From the IMG/VR virus record IMGVR_UViG_3300012983_003032: a DNA stretch of 64,000 bases, one strand, 5' to 3'. Position 1 is the first letter of the stretch. The number at the start of each line of letters is the position of its first letter. The notes beneath the pieces were generated by a model. That model made no database searches. It saw only the letters and a program-made list of their open reading frames with translations, and was not told the DNA's origin. A program made the translations under genes and the position numbers. Source of the stretch: a virus. Of this stretch, positions 58,213 through 64,000 are shown piece by piece.

Positions 58213-58551
58213 ATGAAATTTAAAATGGATAGAGTTATGTCTGGTACAATAATAGGCGTAGCACTTGCATTTTTAATACAAACAGTTTTGTTTGGGGTAT
58301 TTGGTCTACTATGGATTGGACTATTGATAGACCTTCTACCAATAGGATTTGCAGTAGTCACTATTTGTAGTCTTTATAGGTATATGAAAAAGGTTGAAGC
58401 AGGAAATGAAAAAATGAAAGCCTATACCAAATATAATGACATACGATATATGACTAAACAGCAATATGACACATATCGAGAAAAAGGATATATCGTTACT
58501 GATGACGGTATTGCAATTATTAAAGAAAATATAGAGGAAGTGATATTATGA
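58213..58551 (+). CDS. holin-like small membrane protein (2 TM + charged C-terminus)
   Basis: ~45-aa hydrophobic hairpin followed by K/E-rich tail; no adjacent lysin identified. Confidence 0.35.
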   Translation: MKFKMDRVMSGTIIGVALAFLIQTVLFGVFGLLWIGLLIDLLPIGFAVVTICSLYRYMKKVEAGNEKMKAYTKYNDIRYMTKQQYDTYREKGYIVTDDGIAIIKENIEEVIL

Positions 58552-58997
58552 TAGAAGAAAAGAAAACAGAAAAGAAAACAGAAAAGAAAACAGAGAAGGA
58601 AGTTGCTGCTAAACCAAAAACTTTTATGGGTAAAGAAGTAAAAAATATGGAAATTGTATGTAGTCGTCACGGTAATATTATAGGTGGTGCATACTATACA
58701 ACCTATAATATTTATAAAAAAGACCCTAACGTAGAAGGTGGTGTAAAAGTAGTGGAAAAAAATAACGTATTCTGTATTGCTTGTTTAAATGAAATATACA
58801 GAATGTTACAACATACTCCAAGACTTGATGATGAGGGAAAACCTATTTACTTAAAAGACGCTGAGGGTAAGGATATTTTGGATAAAGATGGAAATCCTAT
58901 TCCAGATACTCTAGTAGGTAATATTGACGTTTCAATCGAACTTGCTGACCCACAAAAAGAGGGTGCTTCGGAAGAAAAAAATAGTCCTGCTGAATAA
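58548..58997 (+). CDS. hypothetical protein with N-terminal KKTE repeats and CxxH...CxxC zinc-ribbon-like pairs
   Basis: MIEEKKTEKKTEKKTEKE from a 12-bp DNA repeat; CSRHG ... CIAC. Confidence 0.45.
   Translation: MIEEKKTEKKTEKKTEKEVAAKPKTFMGKEVKNMEIVCSRHGNIIGGAYYTTYNIYKKDPNVEGGVKVVEKNNVFCIACLNEIYRMLQHTPRLDDEGKPIYLKDAEGKDILDKDGNPIPDTLVGNIDVSIELADPQKEGASEEKNSPAE
58557..58596. repeat. 12-bp tandem repeat (aaaagaaaacag, about 3.3 units)
   Basis: Direct reading of the sequence. Confidence 0.7.
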
Positions 58998-58999
58998 AA

Positions 59000-59030
59000 T
59001 AAAAAGCCACCTTGTTAGGTGGCTTTAATT
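59000..59030. terminator. bidirectional intrinsic terminator (agccacct-tgtt-aggtggct)
   Basis: A-run before, T-rich after; between convergent genes. Confidence 0.6.
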
Positions 59031-59047
59031 TGTATAGAAGGGGTTGT

Positions 59048-59188
59048 TTAACCGTTCATTCTTGTTAAAGTTTTATAGTGCCCAGGGTTATTTTTATCTT
59101 CAACAATTCTTACAGAATGATTCTTTTTTGCTTCTTCTAACTGTTCTAGTGTAACCTCTACACCATCAAGATATATTTTTTTATCCAT
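59048..59188 (-). CDS. hypothetical small protein (46 aa; not in ORF table)
   Basis: Minus-strand ATG at 59188-59186: MDKKIYLDGVEVTLEQLEEAKKNHSVRIVEDKNNPGHYKTLTRMNG. Confidence 0.3.
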   Translation of the reverse strand: MDKKIYLDGVEVTLEQLEEAKKNHSVRIVEDKNNPGHYKTLTRMNG

Positions 59189-59267
59189 AAAAAATTATCC
59201 TCCTAAATATAGATATTCAATTAGTAATGCAACTAATTATTGAAACCAATAATAATGGAGAATTATA

Positions 59268-59783
59268 ATGTTTTTAACAGATGAACCAAATAGCATAGAA
59301 GATTTTCTTAAAGCAGTAAAGTTTATTGCCCCAAAGGGAATGAACCTAAAATATTTTATCGTCCCTACAGAAAGGGACACTCCAACCCTTGCTACAACTG
59401 CAAAGGATAATGGATTTTTGAATCAAGATAACTTTAAGTCTAATGTAGATAATGTACCAGGTGTTACTGACACAATTATTTATCGTAAGGCAGATACCTC
59501 AGAAAAACAATCAGTTAGTCACCCTTCAATAGACGTTACTACTATCCCAAATGACTTTCCTATAACAAAAGCTACTCTTGACGATACTGTTACTACTGAC
59601 TTTTCTGATAAACAGCCAATTAAAACTGATATCATTATTTCAGGTGGAGAAGTTATGCCTCCAAATGCTGGTGTTAAAGTACTTGAGTCTACCGAAAGAT
59701 TTCATGACGTAATGCTTAATGAAGATATGGGTATATTTCCAAAATTTACAGTATTCCATTTTGTTAAGGAGAGAGTAGAATAA
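59268..59783 (+). CDS. hypothetical protein (171 aa)
   Basis: ORF. Confidence 0.45.
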   Translation: MFLTDEPNSIEDFLKAVKFIAPKGMNLKYFIVPTERDTPTLATTAKDNGFLNQDNFKSNVDNVPGVTDTIIYRKADTSEKQSVSHPSIDVTTIPNDFPITKATLDDTVTTDFSDKQPIKTDIIISGGEVMPPNAGVKVLESTERFHDVMLNEDMGIFPKFTVFHFVKERVE

Positions 59784-60244
59784 TGAATATAAACAATTTA
59801 GATACTTTAAGTAAGTCTGACGTAGGAATTATTAACTCCGCAGAACAAAGTATTATTAAAACTGTAAATAGTCTTATTGCTGACTGTCAATACCTTGCAA
59901 ATGTATTAGTACAGTATAGAGATGCTATGGTTCAAAATGTTACTGCGTCTGTTCAAGAGTCAGATATTCTTAGAAAATATAGTTCGGGACCTAGTGGTAA
60001 TTCTTATAATTTACCAGGCGTATTTGCAACAACTTTAGGTACATATGACCTTGAAAAAATGAATCAAGATAATGCAAGACTTGAAAGTGCTATGCAGACT
60101 AAAAAAGAAAGTGAAAAACAGAGAAATACTACTTTTGCATTAGTTACCCAAACATATGGGGATATACGTCAAAAGTTAAATTCTCTTGCTAATGAAAATC
60201 AGCAGATTATTCAATATATTGAAGCATTAAAAGATAAAGACTAA
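59783..60244 (+). CDS. hypothetical coiled-coil protein (153 aa)
   Basis: ATGA overlap. Confidence 0.45.
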   Translation: MNINNLDTLSKSDVGIINSAEQSIIKTVNSLIADCQYLANVLVQYRDAMVQNVTASVQESDILRKYSSGPSGNSYNLPGVFATTLGTYDLEKMNQDNARLESAMQTKKESEKQRNTTFALVTQTYGDIRQKLNSLANENQQIIQYIEALKDKD

Positions 60245-60277
60245 AAAAGAAAAGACCCCTTTTGGGGTCTTTTTTAT
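60245..60277. terminator. bidirectional intrinsic terminator (agacccc-tttt-ggggtct + TTTTTT)
   Basis: Between convergent operons. Confidence 0.65.
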
Positions 60278-60510
60278 TGAACTTTTTTAATTTCAAACTT
60301 ATTATAGGGGTAATCTTTCATTGCTGCACTTAGCAAGTTTTGTGCCTCTAAATATGACCAACATCTTCCACCACAAACTGCTCTAGTTGTATTATCTTTC
60401 ACTATCCATATAGACGATTTTTCTTCATGTAATTCTTCAAGTTCTTCAAGACCACTACTTACACCAAACAATTTGTCTAACTCGTTTTGTGAAATTCCAC
60501 CATTACCCAT
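60274..60510 (-). CDS. hypothetical small protein (78 aa)
   Basis: Last gene of the minus-strand NAD cluster operon. Confidence 0.4.
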   Translation of the reverse strand: MGNGGISQNELDKLFGVSSGLEELEELHEEKSSIWIVKDNTTRAVCGGRCWSYLEAQNLLSAAMKDYPYNKFEIKKVQ

Positions 60511-60635
60511 CTTTTATTTTTCCTTAAATCTATTAGGATTTTTCAAGTCAACAGAAACAAGTTCACGACCTTTATTTGCATTTTCCATAATACCCAATAA
60601 CATAAAACTCAAAAAAACAATAGCAATTACCATAC

Positions 60636-61304
60636 TTAATCCTCTCTTGGATGACAGTCTTTAGTAGAAAGTAAACTTTCATTAACCAAAAAATATTCCT
60701 GCTTTTCAAGTTCAATATCTACCAATTTGTCATAAAGTTCTTTATATTTATCAGTATAACTCTTTAACCAATCGTAGTTTAGCAATTTCTCCAAGTCTCG
60801 CACACCATAAATATTATTTATGATATGAATTTGGTCTTCATGAAGTCGTGGATACTGACTAAATCCTGCTAAGTGATTATCTCTCAATGATATAATATCT
60901 TCTAGAGTTACTTTTTTAATAGCCCTTTTAAATAAAGTTTCATACGAAAAATATGTATTTTTGTACTTATAGTATCCATTACCGTCACCATAACGTCTAA
61001 GAAAAGTTATTAAACAATTTGACCAACGTTTTCCAAGCCAAGGGTTGTCATCTAATTCATTTAGATATATACAGTCAACTTGACTATCTACAAAAGAATC
61101 AAAAAATTGTTTAATTTTGGCAACGGATTCTTCAGACAAAAGATTTGACTGTTCTTGTATTCCGTCAAGATAACTATTGCCATACATCCTAATATCATCT
61201 TTAAAGTCTTTCTTACTCATATTTTGCCCTTTAACGAAGTATTGCCTGCTGTACTTCCATAACTTTAATTGCTGCCTTGTGACTTTCGTCATTAAGACAA
61301 GCAC
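60636..61304 (-). CDS. hypothetical protein (real start probably Met at 61223, giving ~195 aa)
   Basis: Table ORF overlaps pncA by 74 nt; the internal Met (MSKKDFKDD) removes the overlap. Confidence 0.45.
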   Translation of the reverse strand: MLVLMTKVTRQQLKLWKYSRQYFVKGQNMSKKDFKDDIRMYGNSYLDGIQEQSNLLSEESVAKIKQFFDSFVDSQVDCIYLNELDDNPWLGKRWSNCLITFLRRYGDGNGYYKYKNTYFSYETLFKRAIKKVTLEDIISLRDNHLAGFSQYPRLHEDQIHIINNIYGVRDLEKLLNYDWLKSYTDKYKELYDKLVDIELEKQEYFLVNESLLSTKDCHPRED

Positions 61305-61755
61305 AAAGATTCTGGTGTACTACAATAGGTGTTTCTGGGAAGAGTGCCTTCAAAATAGTGAAATTACTTGCTACACAAATCCCTGTGCAGACCCCGCTCA
61401 TTTCAATAACTTCTGGATTTACGTCATTGAGCTCATTTGCAAAGAAAACATCCCAATTATTGTATCCAAAACTTGGTTTATTAACATAGTAGTCAACAAA
61501 TGGTTTAAGTTCGTCTACAACTTCCCAACCCTCAGTGTCTTTAATACAATGTGGAACTGGGAGATTTTTTCCTTCCTGAGTTTCCATATAATTGTCATCG
61601 TGAGTATCACGAGTAGCAATAATTGTGTAACCTTTTTTTTCAAGTTCTTTTGCTTTATCAGCAATCCCTTTGATAATTCCTACTGCAGCGTCATTTTTAA
61701 GACTACCTGTGCAGAAGTCATTTTGCATGTCAACAATAATAAAATATTTTCCCAT
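61231..61755 (-). CDS. pncA: nicotinamidase/pyrazinamidase (isochorismatase-family cysteine hydrolase)
   Basis: FIIVDMQNDF (catalytic Asp), TRDTHDDNY...H (metal site), K in VNKPSFG, and nucleophile Cys in GVCTGICV. Confidence 0.75.
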   Translation of the reverse strand: MGKYFIIVDMQNDFCTGSLKNDAAVGIIKGIADKAKELEKKGYTIIATRDTHDDNYMETQEGKNLPVPHCIKDTEGWEVVDELKPFVDYYVNKPSFGYNNWDVFFANELNDVNPEVIEMSGVCTGICVASNFTILKALFPETPIVVHQNLCACLNDESHKAAIKVMEVQQAILR

Positions 61756-61767
61756 ATTACCTCCAAA

Positions 61768-62355
61768 TTAAAATTTATAAATTTCGGTTTTACCAGTGTT
61801 TGGTTCGATTTTCATCATATCCAAGTTTCTAAACTGAATATTTTTACTATTTATTAATTCATATGGTGTATCAGTTGTATGGTTATAGAATGAATATGCC
61901 GTTCTACCAAAAAGACCGTGTGTTACCCAAATAATATTTCTATCATCAGTTTTCTTAGACTTTAGAAACTCTCTAATATCTGTACCCATAGTCTCTACGA
62001 TAGCATCGGATATTCGGATATTCATATTATTTTTATTCAGCCCAGAACACTTATCAAATTCTTGTTCTGATATTTCCCAGAACTTTTTACCCGCAAGACC
62101 GGAACAGTCAAATTCTGAAAGTTTCGGAGTAACAATAACTTTCTTGTCAGGGAAGATAAATTTGGCAGTATTTATACACCTTTTTGCTGGTGAACAGAAT
62201 ATTTTATATTCACCATTTTTTGGTAAAAATTGTCCTACTTTTGACCACCATTTTTCAGTATCAAATGGTATAATATCAAAAGAGTCATAGTTTTTTACCA
62301 AGTCTCCACTGAGATTTGCCTCAGTTGGAGCGTGTCGTATAATAAATAAGTTCAT
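61768..62355 (-). CDS. histidine-phosphatase superfamily protein (PGAM-like)
   Basis: N-terminal LFIIRHAPTEAN (RH catalytic motif) and later VTHG. Confidence 0.6.
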   Translation of the reverse strand: MNLFIIRHAPTEANLSGDLVKNYDSFDIIPFDTEKWWSKVGQFLPKNGEYKIFCSPAKRCINTAKFIFPDKKVIVTPKLSEFDCSGLAGKKFWEISEQEFDKCSGLNKNNMNIRISDAIVETMGTDIREFLKSKKTDDRNIIWVTHGLFGRTAYSFYNHTTDTPYELINSKNIQFRNLDMMKIEPNTGKTEIYKF

Positions 62356-62419
62356 TAAAATCCTCTGTTATATATTAACATAAATCGAACTTCGTAAGAT
62401 TCCAGCTTTTAAGCTGGGG

Positions 62420-62629
62420 TTAGTTCATAGGGTTTTCTTCAAACTTATAGTTATACCCACAAAAATTAAAAGGTGTATTTTCTTCAAGGTAAGGAGACAT
62501 CTTATGCCAACCACCCATAATAGGGTCGTCAGCATGAAGTTTATCCTGCCAATATATCTGCTTACCTTCCTTTGCTGCCAAAATTACTTTTACCATGTCA
62601 TCATATGACATTTGATATAACTTTGTCAT
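62420..62629 (-). CDS. hypothetical small protein (69 aa)
   Basis: ATGA overlap with nadE stop region. Confidence 0.4.
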   Translation of the reverse strand: MTKLYQMSYDDMVKVILAAKEGKQIYWQDKLHADDPIMGGWHKMSPYLEENTPFNFCGYNYKFEENPMN

Positions 62630-63435
62630 ACTAAACCCTCTAATTCCTTAAAGTCTTCAAAGACAGGTAAATTAATATCAATTGTTGCCATAGGTACTAA
62701 CTTCAATACTGTATTTGGATTAAAGTGCATTTCTTTAATTTTTCTATACACTTTAAGTGATTTTGGTGGTAAATTATAACGAATAAGTTTATCAAGAGAC
62801 TCATATGTAAATCCTAAATTATCTTCGTCTGTCTTTCCACACATACCGTCAGATGGTGTCTTATGTACCAATTCTTTTGGAAGACCCATATAATCACCAA
62901 TCTGTAAAACTTCTGTTACAGTAAGTTTATTAAGAAGTGAAAAGTCCCCCATACAGTCACCCCCTTTGGAACTATATCCGAGGTAGTCTTCCGAAAAATT
63001 ACAGGTATTAGCCACAAATCCGTGATTAAGAGCAGCAACACCGTAAAGTGTGACCATACGAATACGAGCAGGTGTATTTGTTGAATACAAAGAGTTAGGG
63101 AACTCTTCACCGTCTTTTGCAGCAACACGAATGTTTTTTGTAAGTGCTTCATATGTGTCACCGATATTTACTGTAACTTTCTGAATACCTGTAACTTCAA
63201 AAACTTTATCAGAATCACTGATATCTTTCTGAACACCATTTGGCATTTGTACACCAATTACTCTATCTGGTCCGAGTGCTTCTGCAAGAAGGGCTGCACA
63301 AATAGTAGAGTCCTTACCACCAGAAATTCCTAAAACTGCAGGTGCATTTCCTTTATCGGAGAACCAATTTTTAGTCCAATCAATAATTTTATCGTGGACT
63401 TCTTTTACATTAAAATTATATTCCATATATTTCAT
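62626..63435 (-). CDS. nadE: NH3-dependent NAD+ synthetase
   Basis: PP-loop VLGISGGKDST and overall NadE-like length and organisation. SD AAGGA upstream. Confidence 0.8.
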   Translation of the reverse strand: MKYMEYNFNVKEVHDKIIDWTKNWFSDKGNAPAVLGISGGKDSTICAALLAEALGPDRVIGVQMPNGVQKDISDSDKVFEVTGIQKVTVNIGDTYEALTKNIRVAAKDGEEFPNSLYSTNTPARIRMVTLYGVAALNHGFVANTCNFSEDYLGYSSKGGDCMGDFSLLNKLTVTEVLQIGDYMGLPKELVHKTPSDGMCGKTDEDNLGFTYESLDKLIRYNLPPKSLKVYRKIKEMHFNPNTVLKLVPMATIDINLPVFEDFKELEGLV

Positions 63436-63444
63436 ACAATTTCC

Positions 63445-64000
63445 TTATTCTTCATTTTCAAATAAAAAATGTGCATCAGAAAATACTTTTTCTTCATTTA
63501 CCAAATGTGTTGGTGCAAATTGTCTTTCTTCATCTCTATCCGAATTTTGAAGTGCAAGTAGATGTTGGTCAACCTGATTACAGAATTTTTCGTACAATTC
63601 TTTTTTATTTGACTTAGCCAAATATTTACCAAAGGAGTATATATCAAATACCCAGTTGTCATAGTCTTCTTCGTCTTTTATATCACCATTATATGATATT
63701 TTAATATGACTATCCTTAAATAAATGATTTTCAAGAACCCAATAATACTTGATGTCTGTAATATTATTAAAGTCTATCCAACAATATGTACCGCCTTCAT
63801 TTACTCGAATAAATCCTTTAGGGGGATTAGATTGTGTATATTCGTCTGAAACAAGATATCCTTCATATTCGGAATCATAGTAATATAAATGTTGTTCATA
63901 GTCAGGGTCACCAACATATTGATGGACACCCTTTTTCCCTTTCCAAACAATTCCAAAAAAGTCTGTAAAAGTTACTTCACTTAATCCAAACTGATTTGCA
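63445..64000 (-). CDS. hypothetical protein, N-terminally truncated by window edge (C-terminal ~185 aa visible)
   Basis: Frame open from window end to TAA at 63447-63445; immediately upstream of nadE in the same operon. Confidence 0.4.
   Translation of the reverse strand, partial: ANQFGLSEVTFTDFFGIVWKGKKGVHQYVGDPDYEQHLYYYDSEYEGYLVSDEYTQSNPPKGFIRVNEGGTYCWIDFNNITDIKYYWVLENHLFKDSHIKISYNGDIKDEEDYDNWVFDIYSFGKYLAKSNKKELYEKFCNQVDQHLLALQNSDRDEERQFAPTHLVNEEKVFSDAHFLFENEE

Noticed and set aside
60636-61304. 74-nt overlap between the 222-aa ORF and pncA
   Set aside because: More parsimonious start at the internal Met (61223) removes the overlap.
1-64000. Genome-wide TGA (or TAG) stop-codon recoding, e.g. 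genetic code 4 or 25
   Set aside because: Many very long standard-code ORFs are intact (1781, 1066, 1000, 832 aa) and conserved domains are complete. Only one in-frame TGA was noticed (3937-3939).
1-64000. Nucleocytoplasmic giant virus origin, suggested by the eukaryote-like Topo IB, SNF2 and AT richness
   Set aside because: Shine-Dalgarno sequences at correct spacing before most genes, ATGA coupled overlaps, bacterial bS21/GroEL/NadE, IS605 TnpB and a tape-measure-like tail module indicate a bacteriophage.

Overview
This is an AT-rich (~30% GC), densely coded, two-stranded stretch from a large tailed bacteriophage, not a eukaryotic giant virus. The evidence: Shine-Dalgarno sites (AGGAG/GGAGG) 6-10 nt before starts, ATGA stop-start overlaps, a tape-measure-like protein, bacterial bS21 and GroEL, and IS200/IS605 elements.

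Layout:
- 1-7 kb: replication/recombination genes (SNF2 helicase, metallophosphoesterase, Cas4-like PD-(D/E)XK nuclease), then a GC-rich structured non-coding region and a glycosyltransferase.
- 8.6-15.5 kb: two IS200/IS605-family elements carrying RuvC/zinc-finger TnpB nucleases (one also with the Y1 TnpA). They bracket a GNAT acetyltransferase and a eukaryote-type topoisomerase IB that includes the linker domain.
- 17-54 kb: morphogenesis genes. These include a coiled-coil scaffold-like protein, a triplet of 'MDYEK' paralogs, a 1000-aa and a 723-aa structural protein, a 1066-aa multi-TM tape-measure candidate, baseplate-like proteins and a 1781-aa aromatic-rich fibre. Interleaved are auxiliary genes: ribosomal protein bS21, a lysophospholipase-like hydrolase, an HNH endonuclease, an SPFH/flotillin protein and ThyX.
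- 54-64 kb: a second GT-A-like protein, GroEL with no GroES, a holin-like protein, and a minus-strand NAD+ metabolism cluster (PncA nicotinamidase, histidine phosphatase, NadE, plus unknowns).

The NAD+ cluster is the best candidate for an undescribed NAD+-reconstitution/anti-defence module. Other notable points are a recurring TACTAATT-like motif upstream of structural genes, an in-frame TGA splitting the metallophosphoesterase N-terminus, and an HNH endonuclease whose catalytic motif lies upstream of its first start codon.

All functional calls come from motif-level reading of the supplied translations; no database search was possible.
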